Shown in pieces: positions 43,800 to 52,713 of a stretch of DNA of 64,000 nucleotides. The translations under genes were made by a program, and so were the position numbers. The DNA lies in IMG/VR virus record IMGVR_UViG_3300042564_004737, one strand, 5' to 3'. Origin of the DNA: a virus. Its lineage: Duplodnaviria; Heunggongvirae; Uroviricota; Caudoviricetes. The notes beneath the pieces are model-generated. The model ran no database searches. It was not told the origin of the DNA and saw only the letters and a list, made by a program, of their open reading frames with translations. Positions within the stretch are counted from its first letter, which is position 1. Each line of letters opens with the position of its first letter.

Positions 43800-45349
43800 T
43801 ATATTAAATTTCTAACAGCTTCTAGTTCAGGAATGTAATCAGCCAAGCGAACTCCTCTTGCTCGATCCAATTGGTCGTTGTAATTAAAAAATGCTCGAAG
43901 TTCATTGATATTGCAAGTTGGATTACCAGAGTAGTGCGTATATATGCTGTCTATTGCAGTTTTACAACTTTTTCCATTGGACAGATAAGTTGAAGTATTC
44001 ATACATCGCTGCATAGACTCCATCACTAGGGCTGCGTTGGGATGATTGTATACCGATTGCCAGGGCAAATAATTTATTTGCAAATAAACAGCAGTGAACG
44101 GGAATTCACGATCCAAGAACTCAAACAACAGATGTAGATTGGTCACATTGTATATTCCTGGCACTGTGTTTATGCTGATAAAGTGTCCCTGCGACTGCAA
44201 CAACTTTGCATTGGCTATGACTGTGTCCCATTGACTTCCGGATCTCCAATAGTCATTTACATGAGCAAATCCGTCAATGCTGAAACTGAAATTTGTGTTG
44301 GAAAAATTAGAAACCAACTTTAGAAACTTATCTGATATTTTGACACCATTGGTACACATGGACAGTTGAAAATCTGTTTTATTTTTCTCCACACAGCGTT
44401 GCATAAATTCCAACACCTCGGGCATGATTGTGGGCTCGCCACCTTGAAAATACACTTGACTTTTCTTGTCTAGCTTGTTGATGTCAATTTGATCTATGGA
44501 TGGAGTAGCAGGATCCCACTGAAGTCTGGCCGGAGGTACAATGTTGAACTTTTTTGATTCGATTCCAATTGGATTACTAAACACTGGCTGGCATCCTCTA
44601 CATTTGATGTTGCAGTGATTTCCCAATGATATTTCATAATAATAAGGTCGCTCAATTTTCTTCAAGTCATCAACAGAGTCAAGGTCCAGTTGCGAAACCC
44701 AATCCAAAGTTTCAAACTGTCTGTAGCTTTCAATACCAAGATCCTCGTATTTGTAACAGACACTGCAATGTTCCGGCAGCCGAGTGCCTTCCGACATCAG
44801 GTCACGAATGACATTATAGTTGGGGTCTGAGGACCAGTCTTGCAACTGTTCTACTGTGGTTACTTTTTTTGAAGATCGCGCACACAACACCATTTTGTCG
44901 CCAGTGTTGTTGAAATTGATCCAAGGATAGATACAAAAACTTTTATTTTTATTGTAAACTAAATCTTCCCAGTAGAATATTTTCTTTGAATTGGCATTTT
45001 CTCTAAAAATGGTAACTTTTTTTAATTCTTCCAACTGCACCATTAGCTTAAATGTAGCCGACAAGCATTTCCAATGCGTCCACTGTGCCTGCGGTTGATC
45101 CAACATCACAATAATATCAAACTGTTGAGCAAATACTAACAATTTTCCAAAAGGTATATCCGACACTGAGGTGTGATAGTATCCGGGGTCATTGGGTACA
45201 ACTTCAGGATCAGTCAACAAGCCGTGATTGACAATGCTGTTATGTACGCCCAAACCGGATACTTCATGGTCAGTTGACTCGTCGTTGTTGCCTAAAAATA
45301 ATATTTTTTTTGATTGATCTTGCAATTCAACAAATTGATTCATACTCAA
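43799..45349 (-). CDS. Radical SAM protein (SPASM/twitch-like) with N-terminal extra domain
   Basis: CNIKCRGC, GGEP, TNG, FSIDG; extra Cys in FCIYPW...C and CSVC. Confidence 0.85.
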   Translation of the reverse strand: MSMNQFVELQDQSKKILFLGNNDESTDHEVSGLGVHNSIVNHGLLTDPEVVPNDPGYYHTSVSDIPFGKLLVFAQQFDIIVMLDQPQAQWTHWKCLSATFKLMVQLEELKKVTIFRENANSKKIFYWEDLVYNKNKSFCIYPWINFNNTGDKMVLCARSSKKVTTVEQLQDWSSDPNYNVIRDLMSEGTRLPEHCSVCYKYEDLGIESYRQFETLDWVSQLDLDSVDDLKKIERPYYYEISLGNHCNIKCRGCQPVFSNPIGIESKKFNIVPPARLQWDPATPSIDQIDINKLDKKSQVYFQGGEPTIMPEVLEFMQRCVEKNKTDFQLSMCTNGVKISDKFLKLVSNFSNTNFSFSIDGFAHVNDYWRSGSQWDTVIANAKLLQSQGHFISINTVPGIYNVTNLHLLFEFLDREFPFTAVYLQINYLPWQSVYNHPNAALVMESMQRCMNTSTYLSNGKSCKTAIDSIYTHYSGNPTCNINELRAFFNYNDQLDRARGVRLADYIPELEAVRNLI

Positions 45350-45564
45350 TGCCGCCGGGTAATTCGACCGCGGGTTAGATCGTACTGACTAAATTCCAAT
45401 TCTACTTCGTCGCCCAGCAGTACTTTGATGTTGTTTTGTCGCATGCGGCCGTTTAGCACAGCCAGTACAGGATTTTCGAAATTTTCTAATTTGACTCGAT
45501 ACATGGTGTTGGGTAATACATCAACAATTTTACCTTCGAGCTTGATTGGTTCTTCTTTTGCCAT
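45346..45564 (-). CDS. infA: Translation initiation factor IF-1
   Basis: MAKEE.I.LEG.I...LPN..YRV.LEN...G.MR...I.VL.GD.V...YDLTRGRI, 72 aa; TAAATA 5 nt upstream. Confidence 0.95.
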   Translation of the reverse strand: MAKEEPIKLEGKIVDVLPNTMYRVKLENFENPVLAVLNGRMRQNNIKVLLGDEVELEFSQYDLTRGRITRRH

Positions 45565-45572
45565 TCGAGTAT

Positions 45573-45992
45573 TTATTGAAAGTCCACTGTGGCGGAAATC
45601 TTGCGTAACCTATCGTATCTGAAACTGCGCCAGGCTGCTGCTTCAATGTCATATACTCGAACAGCAGTAGCTTCTTTGTATTCTGCTGAATCTTCCGTAA
45701 CAGTGCTTTTGCGGTCAATCCCGTCAACCGACTGCGCTGTGTTGTTTTTTATTGGTGATGGCTCTGGTGAGACTGGAATGTATCTGGAATTAAGAGTACA
45801 CTGCATTTGACGCACAGATCCGTCGGCCTTGACAAATTCCACAGTGACCAGACCCTGCTGCAACATGTTGGATACCCAGTGACGGATAACAGCCCGTTCT
45901 TTATTGTTGCTTTCTTGATATTGCGTACCTGGTTGCGATTTTAACAATCTCATCACTTCATTTTGTTCCCATGTATCGTGTGTCAATTCCAT
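45573..45992 (-). CDS. WYL_2/Sm-like SH3-barrel protein
   Basis: V.F.KADGS.R.M.CTL and VYD.E..AWRSFR; start corrected after SD AGGAG. Confidence 0.7.
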   Translation of the reverse strand: MELTHDTWEQNEVMRLLKSQPGTQYQESNNKERAVIRHWVSNMLQQGLVTVEFVKADGSVRQMQCTLNSRYIPVSPEPSPIKNNTAQSVDGIDRKSTVTEDSAEYKEATAVRVYDIEAAAWRSFRYDRLRKISATVDFQ

Positions 45993-46017
45993 TGCCTGCT
46001 CCTGTTTGATATAAAAA

Positions 46018-46239
46018 TTACTCAGTGATTCCGCTGTACTGCATTGCAAACCAAGTGGCAAGTGCTTGGTTGTAGAATTTAAAATTCACATGCTGTGTTT
46101 CATTGGTGAAGTTGCTGGCCCACCCGGGATGGTATGCAAAATCAAAATCCACATGTTGTTGCAGTCCTTGAGCAGTCAGTTTAGAAACTATGGTCAACAC
46201 AGCGTCTATCTTGATTGCGTTTAATCTCACTACTGTCAT
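46018..46239 (-). CDS. Small protein, F-x-L-K-W family
   Basis: TTGACT-17-TATAGT (46245-46273) 5 nt upstream; ends F.FYNQALATWFAMQY. Confidence 0.65.
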   Translation of the reverse strand: MTVVRLNAIKIDAVLTIVSKLTAQGLQQHVDFDFAYHPGWASNFTNETQHVNFKFYNQALATWFAMQYSGITE

Positions 46240-46269
46240 GTACAACTATAACAAAATTGATATTACGAG

Positions 46270-47064
46270 TCAACTCAGTTTGCATACCGGAATAGGCGTC
46301 ATCTTGTGCAGGTTTCTGGCGCGAATCTCACGATACTGTTTGAGCTTTTTCTTTTCTGCTGTGGTAGCATACAGTTCTAATTCTGAGTATGTGTCTTGAC
46401 GCATGGCCAGTTCCAGTTCAGGATAGGTCATGCCCAGTTGACTTTCGTCGGTACGACCGTCTGCCCAGAGTCCGTCAGTGGGTGGTGCGTCAATGATCTC
46501 TTGTGGTATGCCCAGCTCTGCTGCCATGGCCCAGACTTGTGTTTTCATGCAGTCACCAATGGGGCTGATGTCTACACCACCATCACCATACTTGGTAAAG
46601 AATCCCACACCAAAGTCTTCTACCCGATTGCCGGTGCCCACCACCAGGCCATTATGCGCCTGTGCAATTTGATACAGAGTCATCATTCTCAATCTGGCTC
46701 GACTGTTGGCAAATGCCAGTTCAGACGTGCTGGTATAATCACCGTTGTCAGCGGCACAAAATGGACTGAGCTTGGTGTCAAATGCATTGAAAATACGGGT
46801 CAAGTCCATGTTCATGTGTGTGACATTTGAGTAGCGTTCCAGCAACCACCCAGCTTGCAGTGAGCTACGATTGTTGAGTTTTTTGGCTTGACGAATCGGC
46901 ATCTGTACCACAATGGTTCGCAGTCCTGTAAGAGCGCACAGTGCGCTGACCACGCTGCTATCAATACCGCCTGAGATTCCTACCACAAAAGTGGTAATTT
47001 TGGCACTCCGGGCATACTGCTTCAACCACTTGACAATGTGATTGATTTGTTTTTTTGGTGTCAT
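46270..47064 (-). CDS. nadE: NH3-dependent NAD+ synthetase
   Basis: GISGGIDS, ANSRARLRM, GTGN..E, TKYGDGG, K..V, PTDGL; start corrected to MTPKK. Confidence 0.92.
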   Translation of the reverse strand: MTPKKQINHIVKWLKQYARSAKITTFVVGISGGIDSSVVSALCALTGLRTIVVQMPIRQAKKLNNRSSLQAGWLLERYSNVTHMNMDLTRIFNAFDTKLSPFCAADNGDYTSTSELAFANSRARLRMMTLYQIAQAHNGLVVGTGNRVEDFGVGFFTKYGDGGVDISPIGDCMKTQVWAMAAELGIPQEIIDAPPTDGLWADGRTDESQLGMTYPELELAMRQDTYSELELYATTAEKKKLKQYREIRARNLHKMTPIPVCKLS

Positions 47065-47066
47065 GT

Positions 47067-47387
47067 TTACTTGAATAAAATACCGGCCATTATCGCAGCT
47101 TGTAGTATGAACCCTATGCCAATGGTCAAGATATTGAGTATGTCTTTGAGTACCACTGCTCGTATGAACAACAACAACAATCCGGTCCATAAAAACAACA
47201 CAATATCCAATCCTGGAGTACGATCAGTTACACCTTTCAACAAGGCCAACAGTGTGGGAATGGTTGAAAAATGAATCAAGATTGCAGCCAGCCAGCCCAG
47301 AGTATCTGCTGTGATCCTGCTGAGTTGAATGGTCACAAACGATTGCACCTGTTCACGAATTTTGTTCATTACATTTTCAGACATCAT
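47067..47387 (-). CDS. 3-TM membrane protein (SemiSWEET/PQ-loop-like)
   Basis: LGWLAAILIHFSTIP followed by two further helices. Confidence 0.55.
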   Translation of the reverse strand: MMSENVMNKIREQVQSFVTIQLSRITADTLGWLAAILIHFSTIPTLLALLKGVTDRTPGLDIVLFLWTGLLLLFIRAVVLKDILNILTIGIGFILQAAIMAGILFK

Positions 47388-47959
47388 GTTTTTTGTGCCT
47401 TTTCAGAATAAAAAATATGGCGTCCAATTTTGGCAACCTTGGGTTTGCCCCATTGCGGATTTACATAGTCGGCGTGATAATACACTGCTGTGGTAAGACT
47501 AGGCAGTCTAAAGTTTTCCAACAGCACCCGCTTGGCTACTTCGTAACTTTCATTCCACGCTGCGGCGTGTATGGGTTTGTGTACCGATGTGCCATCACAG
47601 AACCAAGAGAACTGGCAAATGACCCGTTGGTAAACTACATTTTTTTCATAGACCACACCGCATACTGTGTTGGCAAAGTTTCCACTTTCCACACGATTCA
47701 GCGTGACCTGAGCCACAGCGACCTTGCCCTCAAACGGTTCTGAGGCTGCTTCATAGTAAATATTGCGTGTTAGGCACTCCAGCTGTTTGGCCCGATCACT
47801 GGCCGAAACAAACTCGTATCGAGAAGACTCCAGTCCAAACGACAACATGTCCAACTTCCAAGATGTAACTGCTACCAATGCAAAAACTACACCGACTAAA
47901 CTGATAATTTTAATTACCCAATTGCTGTAACTAAAATTATGATCTGCTACTGCTATCAT
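47384..47959 (-). CDS. SleB-like cell wall hydrolase
   Basis: CL..NIYYEA..E...G..AVA.V.LNRV, CQFSW, YYHA.YV.P.W, IG.HIFY; N-terminal TM anchor. Confidence 0.9.
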   Translation of the reverse strand: MIAVADHNFSYSNWVIKIISLVGVVFALVAVTSWKLDMLSFGLESSRYEFVSASDRAKQLECLTRNIYYEAASEPFEGKVAVAQVTLNRVESGNFANTVCGVVYEKNVVYQRVICQFSWFCDGTSVHKPIHAAAWNESYEVAKRVLLENFRLPSLTTAVYYHADYVNPQWGKPKVAKIGRHIFYSEKAQKT

Positions 47960-48082
47960 ATTTTCTCCTTTGTGGTCTGACCACATTAGACGAACAAAGG
48001 TTCGTTAGATACTTAGTACCAACAACCCTGTTCTGCTCATTTGATTAGAATAACGGCATGTTTTTGCCGTTATCTGCGCAGT

Positions 48083-48271
48083 TTACTTGGCAACAGCCAT
48101 TGCTTCTTTTTCGGCAGTGATTTCTTTGCGGCGTTCTTTGATGCCTTTGCTCATTTCCTGTAGAGCTTTTCTAGCCCGAGCAGCCGCAGCTTTTACACCT
48201 TTGGTGGTGAACTTCTCGTTTTCAGAGATGTAAGATTCATAAGCGGCTACGATTGTTTCGTGTTGTGTCAT
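48083..48271 (-). CDS. Histone H1-like (Hc1-type) basic DNA-binding protein
   Basis: KF..KG.KAAAARARKAL.E......RKEI. Confidence 0.75.
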   Translation of the reverse strand: MTQHETIVAAYESYISENEKFTTKGVKAAAARARKALQEMSKGIKERRKEITAEKEAMAVAK

Positions 48272-48317
48272 TTTGATTTTCCTTTATAAAGTTTGTGTTT
48301 TACTTAACACTGTTCAC

Positions 48318-48346
48318 AGTATACCTGATTTTTTCACAGAAGTCAA
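48318..48346 (-). promoter_or_regulatory. Sigma70-like promoter
   Basis: TTGACT-17-TATACT. Confidence 0.7.
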
Positions 48347-48347
48347 G

Positions 48348-48593
48348 TCAATTCAAATAGATATGTCGCCGATTCCAACAGTCCCAAATGGTAATGTTGC
48401 TGATGTTGTGTGACCAAGTTACGGTAAAAAGATTCAGGGTGTTTTGGTCATAAATTTGTAGGCGATGATCCTCAACTTTGGCACTGGCATTGCGATTGCT
48501 GGCCAGCCATTGGTTGAGTTTTTCTTTAGCGTTATCATCTCTCACTGCTATGATATAAATTGCCGTGGTGCTTTTGTATGATGGTATGGTCAT
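48348..48593 (-). CDS. Hypothetical protein
   Basis: 81 aa, coupled to upstream gene. Confidence 0.65.
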   Translation of the reverse strand: MTIPSYKSTTAIYIIAVRDDNAKEKLNQWLASNRNASAKVEDHRLQIYDQNTLNLFTVTWSHNISNITIWDCWNRRHIYLN

Positions 48594-48856
48594 TAATGTA
48601 GAAATTGGCCGGTATTTTGTTGCGACTGCATGTCGCTCATATACTTAGCAAAGTTCTCATCTAGACACAACACCCGATCGTCCCACTGCAATGACAGGTC
48701 ATCTGGCACTCCCAAAATGCGCAACAGCCCGCCCATGTGTACTTCGGCAATGCCGTGTTCATAAAGTACATACATTAGTCCAAGCATTTGGATTTTTAAA
48801 TCGTCAGTTAGGTCTGTGTCATCTTCTAGCATAGCATTAGTTATCAGTTTGAACAA
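48593..48856 (-). CDS. Hypothetical protein
   Basis: 87 aa, acidic. Confidence 0.6.
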   Translation of the reverse strand: MFKLITNAMLEDDTDLTDDLKIQMLGLMYVLYEHGIAEVHMGGLLRILGVPDDLSLQWDDRVLCLDENFAKYMSDMQSQQNTGQFLH

Positions 48857-48859
48857 AAT

Positions 48860-48885
48860 AAAAAAGCGACCGAAGCCGCTTTTTT
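48860..48885 (-). terminator. Intrinsic terminator with UUCG tetraloop (possibly bidirectional)
   Basis: AAAAAAGCGGC-TTCG-GTCGCTTTTTT. Confidence 0.85.
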
Positions 48886-48902
48886 ATGTACCCAGTGTCT
48901 GC

Positions 48903-49250
48903 TTAGGCGCTGGCTTGTTCCAGCAACTGTTCAGCAGTGAGCTTGGACTTGACAGCCTTGACAGGTTTGCCAGTCATTTTGACTTCGCCACGCTTGGCGA
49001 TTTTTGTCTTTTCAGACAGCTTGTTGGCTACTGCATAGCCGGCGTCGCCCGCCACGCCTTGTGCGGTCAGAAACTGTAGAGCTTCCAACTTGGTCATTGC
49101 GTGTGGCAGTTCTTGCAGGTTGATATCCGTGCAGCCTGCTTTGTTCAAAATCTTGATACGAGATACCAAGTCATTTGCAAAACGGGCCTTGACAGTACCG
49201 TCTGCGTTTTTTGCTGTACCAACTACCGTGAATGTCTTTTCGTTTGTCAT
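48903..49250 (-). CDS. Conserved basic phage protein
   Basis: 115 aa with its own promoter, SD AAAGG and terminator. Confidence 0.75.
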   Translation of the reverse strand: MTNEKTFTVVGTAKNADGTVKARFANDLVSRIKILNKAGCTDINLQELPHAMTKLEALQFLTAQGVAGDAGYAVANKLSEKTKIAKRGEVKMTGKPVKAVKSKLTAEQLLEQASA

Positions 49251-49319
49251 AAATTGCCTTTAAAGTTGCCTATCTAAGTTTAAAAATATGTTAAGACTCA
49301 TTTCCTAACACATATACAT

Positions 49320-49348
49320 ATTATAGTTGATTTGTAATAAATGGTCAA
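49320..49348 (-). promoter_or_regulatory. Sigma70-like early promoter
   Basis: TTGACC-17-TATAAT. Confidence 0.8.
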
Positions 49349-49376
49349 CCATAATTTGTATTCCGGTTTGCCAAAA

Positions 49377-49505
49377 TCACTTGGCTAAAATATCCACTTG
49401 GGTCTTGGCCCGTTCAACCGAGTTGTCCAGAATTTTGGCAATTCCACCAAATCCAACTTGGCTCACAACCATACCCAACACAAATCCCGTAATAAGTTTG
49501 ATCAT
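49377..49505 (-). CDS. Small membrane peptide (42 aa)
   Basis: Below track cutoff: MIKLITGFVLGMVVSQVGFGGIAKILDNS...; ATGA overlap. Confidence 0.6.
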   Translation of the reverse strand: MIKLITGFVLGMVVSQVGFGGIAKILDNSVERAKTQVDILAK

Positions 49506-49687
49506 TGTTCGTCCTTGTCTGTTACTAGTCCTTGGTCCAGCATGTATTCAACTGCACTGCGGTAGGTGTGAAAGCGGGCCAAGATTGATCCGGTGCGACC
49601 CACTGGATCGGCTGTCCACGATACCACATGATACATGTCGGTCTCTTCGTCCTGCTCAATGGTGTATTTTGACATGGGCATTACCAA
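49502..49687 (-). CDS. Hypothetical protein
   Basis: About 60 aa, tiles the operon. Confidence 0.6.
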   Translation of the reverse strand: MVMPMSKYTIEQDEETDMYHVVSWTADPVGRTGSILARFHTYRSAVEYMLDQGLVTDKDEQ

Positions 49688-50031
49688 CTTGAGTTGTAAA
49701 ACACTCGCAGGCCCAGAAACAGTTCTGCACGAGCAGCCTTGATAAATTCAAGATCTTTTTCTCGATAATGTTCATCAGCATCGCGGCCAAAAAAGAACCC
49801 ACCAGTGCCCGGCAATTGCTTATGCGTCACTGCCTGCTCCAGTGCATCAATGTCTGCCCAGGTCAGTTCTAGTTCAACGCCGTTAAATGAGCCGTACTGT
49901 AGATTTTTTGATTTAGCGAGTTGTTCCATCCAGCCATGCAGATTAGGATGCTTGCGCCAGTAGGCCAGTTCTCGCGAGCTGGCCTCTTGATCGGGTCCAC
50001 TGGCCACATACGCATTCATGTCTAGTCCCAT
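49681..50031 (-). CDS. Conserved phage hypothetical protein
   Basis: MGLDM.AY...YWRKHPNLHGWM; SD AGGAG. Confidence 0.75.
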   Translation of the reverse strand: MGLDMNAYVASGPDQEASSRELAYWRKHPNLHGWMEQLAKSKNLQYGSFNGVELELTWADIDALEQAVTHKQLPGTGGFFFGRDADEHYREKDLEFIKAARAELFLGLRVFYNSSW

Positions 50032-50062
50032 TTTGTCTCCTGTTTAGTTCAATGAAAAATTG

Positions 50063-50416
50063 TCACTGCTCTTTTTGCACTACTGTTTCACCGCGCACAC
50101 GACTCAAGGTGTGTTTATTGCGCTGGTCTTGTTCTTTACGATCTCGTTTTTTGCTGGTCGATACTCCCAACATAAGATCGTATTCACGAGCCCACGCAAC
50201 TCCCTTTAGCCAATGTTCTACCCCCTCCAAACTTCCGGCATATATCGAAGCATCTCTGCTGTATATAGGCAACGATTCTGTGTCTTTGGGCATAAGGCTA
50301 AGTGCGTTGTGATTTTCGGTCCAGTCACCGTGTGGGTATCTGGCAAATTTAAGTCCGAGCTTATCAACTTCTTGCTCAAGTCTGCGAACTTTTTCAATTG
50401 TAGTCCATCCGTTCAT
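50063..50416 (-). CDS. Hypothetical protein
   Basis: 117 aa. Confidence 0.7.
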   Translation of the reverse strand: MNGWTTIEKVRRLEQEVDKLGLKFARYPHGDWTENHNALSLMPKDTESLPIYSRDASIYAGSLEGVEHWLKGVAWAREYDLMLGVSTSKKRDRKEQDQRNKHTLSRVRGETVVQKEQ

Positions 50417-50529
50417 AGTGCTTGAATCCTTTTGATAACTGCCTGAGCCGCAGTCAGGTCAGTTATGGGCAACTCCCAAGGAGTCCAGGCTGTGTAAGGT
50501 TGAGTCCAACTTATGGTATACAATGTCAT
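50413..50529 (-). CDS. Small Trp-rich peptide (38 aa)
   Basis: Below track cutoff: MTLYTISWTQPYTAWTPWELP...; ATGA overlaps at both ends. Confidence 0.6.
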   Translation of the reverse strand: MTLYTISWTQPYTAWTPWELPITDLTAAQAVIKRIQAL

Positions 50530-50831
50530 TCTTCAATTCCGTATTCTGCTTTTAATGCATCCATTGCTGCTCGAACTTTTTCAGCCACAGGACGATATTT
50601 CACAGGATGAATAGGATGATAGCTCCATTCCTGGCCACCCCAGATCTTGCTACCGTTCAATAGTTTGTCCATTTCTGCCAGGATTTCAAACCTAGGATCA
50701 GCCCAGAACTTGAATTTATTATCAGTCACGATGGGCATGACATTTACAGGACCGCATGGGTGAGCTGTGTCGCCTGTGCCCAGGTCATCGTGTCCGCATC
50801 GATTGCACTTCATTTTTGGACTCTCAAGCAA
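50526..50831 (-). CDS. Hypothetical protein with N-terminal CxxC...HxC
   Basis: CNRC...HPC. Confidence 0.65.
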   Translation of the reverse strand: MLESPKMKCNRCGHDDLGTGDTAHPCGPVNVMPIVTDNKFKFWADPRFEILAEMDKLLNGSKIWGGQEWSYHPIHPVKYRPVAEKVRAAMDALKAEYGIEE

Positions 50832-51081
50832 ATTCGTAAAACTTAACTGAAGGGTCCAGCTTCTGGAGTTCTTTGGCGGCGGCTGTCAAGGCACGGTAGC
50901 GAGTCTGAACTTGACTGCGGCTCAGTTCACCATCGCAGGTCAAATTCTCTGGGCTTAGGTCAGCATCAATGCTGTCTGCAATACGCTGACGATCTGTGGC
51001 GTTCTGCAGGCTCAGGGCTCGCTGTCCAAACAGTTTGGCAAAAGAATTTTTACGATCCAGGTAAGTGTTCAGTGCTGACAT
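50824..51081 (-). CDS. Conserved phage early protein
   Basis: LSPENLTCDGE; promoter plus SD AAGGAG. Confidence 0.75.
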   Translation of the reverse strand: MSALNTYLDRKNSFAKLFGQRALSLQNATDRQRIADSIDADLSPENLTCDGELSRSQVQTRYRALTAAAKELQKLDPSVKFYEFA

Positions 51082-51110
51082 AGTGACTCCTTGTTGCTGT
51101 TTAAGTGTTA

Positions 51111-51139
51111 ATTATAGCAGAATGGCAATTATTGGTCAA
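51111..51139 (-). promoter_or_regulatory. Sigma70-like early promoter
   Basis: TTGACC-17-TATAAT. Confidence 0.8.
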
Positions 51140-51154
51140 CCAAAATCAGTCATA

Positions 51155-51400
51155 TTATTTTTTTAACATTTTAACAACGGTCTTAGAAACTTGGTTAGCA
51201 GTTCTAATAGCTTGACTCTGCGTTTGACTATGAATCCTTGCTTCATTTCTTTGAGCTCGGAGTTCTCTTCGAATTTCTTGAGGACTCAACCCTTCGTTAT
51301 CTAATTCATGCTCGGTCATGGGCGCTGGAGATTTGTGTGTGTCTTTCAGAAGAAACCAAACAAGCCCTGCAAATACTATAATGCATACTACAATAGTCAT
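51155..51400 (-). CDS. Membrane-anchored small protein
   Basis: N-terminal TM helix then coiled coil. Confidence 0.65.
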   Translation of the reverse strand: MTIVVCIIVFAGLVWFLLKDTHKSPAPMTEHELDNEGLSPQEIRRELRAQRNEARIHSQTQSQAIRTANQVSKTVVKMLKK

Positions 51401-51418
51401 ATTTTTTCCTTTTGTAAA

Positions 51419-51814
51419 TTAGCTTTGATTAATTTTAAACGTCTGCTTACAATTAGTCGACACAATGTCATCTTTGAGGGTACTGGTACACTCTAGTGTA
51501 GTAAGTTCTTTTGTAAATATCTTTTGAACAAGTGTAGTGTCATTATTTGCAATAACTTCGGACCTCAAGAATGTTAACTTATTTTGTTCAAGAATTTGTT
51601 TGGTTAACTTAGTTGCAGTTGTTTCCATGTTGGCGGATTTATTGTAATGATTATAAATCCCTAACCCGCCAAAGTACAACCCAAAGAATAAGATTACAGA
51701 TAAAATCCCACCTAAGTCTTGCAGTTTAGCAAACTTTGATTGGAGTGATCCAACAATTCCTGCTGAAATAAAATGTGACAAAATTGCTACTGCTGCAAAG
51801 ATTGCGAATTCCAT
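51419..51814 (-). CDS. Membrane protein
   Basis: Two TM helices; SD AGGAG. Confidence 0.7.
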   Translation of the reverse strand: MEFAIFAAVAILSHFISAGIVGSLQSKFAKLQDLGGILSVILFFGLYFGGLGIYNHYNKSANMETTATKLTKQILEQNKLTFLRSEVIANNDTTLVQKIFTKELTTLECTSTLKDDIVSTNCKQTFKINQS

Positions 51815-51846
51815 ATCTAACTCCTGTTTTGTTTCTGTATGTGTTA

Positions 51847-51875
51847 ATTATAACGGTTTTGGCAATTACTGTCAA
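51847..51875 (-). promoter_or_regulatory. Sigma70-like early promoter
   Basis: TTGACA-17-TATAAT. Confidence 0.85.
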
Positions 51876-51880
51876 CCGTT

Positions 51881-52156
51881 TTACATTGACCAGTAAGTTT
51901 CTGACGCAGGGTTGCACGACCAAGGAGTGTCTGCATCAATTTCCACAGGTGCGCCAGTCATCAAATTCTTCACAGTCATCTTGGGAGTCCGGTAAGTGTC
52001 ACGGCTCACAATGTTCAGTTGGTCCACAGTCCAACCTGCTTTGCGGCAAAGACGAGTGCGGGTGGCGTGAGCCGCAGGGAAAGTTTTGTATGCACGGGTT
52101 CGGTTGGGACCGTCTGTTACGATAAGACCGGTAGCTTTTGCGACGATGTAAAACAT
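51881..52156 (-). CDS. Hypothetical early protein
   Basis: Ends CNPASETYWSM; SD AGGAG. Confidence 0.75.
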   Translation of the reverse strand: MFYIVAKATGLIVTDGPNRTRAYKTFPAAHATRTRLCRKAGWTVDQLNIVSRDTYRTPKMTVKNLMTGAPVEIDADTPWSCNPASETYWSM

Positions 52157-52185
52157 TCTGACTCCTGTTTGCTGTTTATGTGTAT

Positions 52186-52214
52186 ATTATAGCATTTTGG
52201 GCATTTGGGGTCAA
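52186..52214 (-). promoter_or_regulatory. Sigma70-like early promoter
   Basis: TTGACC-17-TATAAT. Confidence 0.8.
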
Positions 52215-52263
52215 CCTTTTTCGCACATAAAAAAAGTACTACTTTACGGTGCAAAAAGTAGTA

Positions 52264-52713
52264 CTAAAGTACTATAGAATTATACAGTTGTTCTACGGGT
52301 ACACTGTGTGATTGATAGCCCTCCAGCACCAGGTCAAAATATCGATTGATGGGTGCAGCATCCGGGTGTCCTGGCTGCATCCGATAAGTCAGTGCATGAT
52401 AGGTCCTTGACTCATGCACCACTTCAAGAGCACAGCGATCGTAATAGCTGGGATATCCTTCCAACTGGTCCAGTGCCTCAAGATTCTCCGGAGTGATTTC
52501 CCATAGTACTCCGTCAACATAGCTGCCTTCACATGCTTCAACATCAGCATGAAACGCAAAACGAAACACATGATCAATCAGGCGAGCATGACCCATGCTT
52601 CGGGCACCAGGGCAACGGCGTGTCATCTCATCCTGATTGGTATTCATCCCGTATGCAAACATTAAAAGTTGTGGTTTTACCATATTTGTATTCATGTTAT
52701 TCCTCCACAACAT
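52264..52713 (-). CDS. Gamma-glutamylcyclotransferase (AIG2-like)
   Basis: FAYG.N, V.GVLW.I, LD.LEGYP..Y. Confidence 0.85.
   Translation of the reverse strand: MLWRNNMNTNMVKPQLLMFAYGMNTNQDEMTRRCPGARSMGHARLIDHVFRFAFHADVEACEGSYVDGVLWEITPENLEALDQLEGYPSYYDRCALEVVHESRTYHALTYRMQPGHPDAAPINRYFDLVLEGYQSHSVPVEQLYNSIVL

Noticed and set aside
45588-45597. TGTGGCGGAA on the plus strand matching the GVAE linker word
   Set aside because: Opposite orientation inside an unrelated gene end; likely chance.
47970-48006. Two short hairpins in the sleB leader as a riboswitch
   Set aside because: Stems are short, with no recognisable aptamer motif or alternative pairing.
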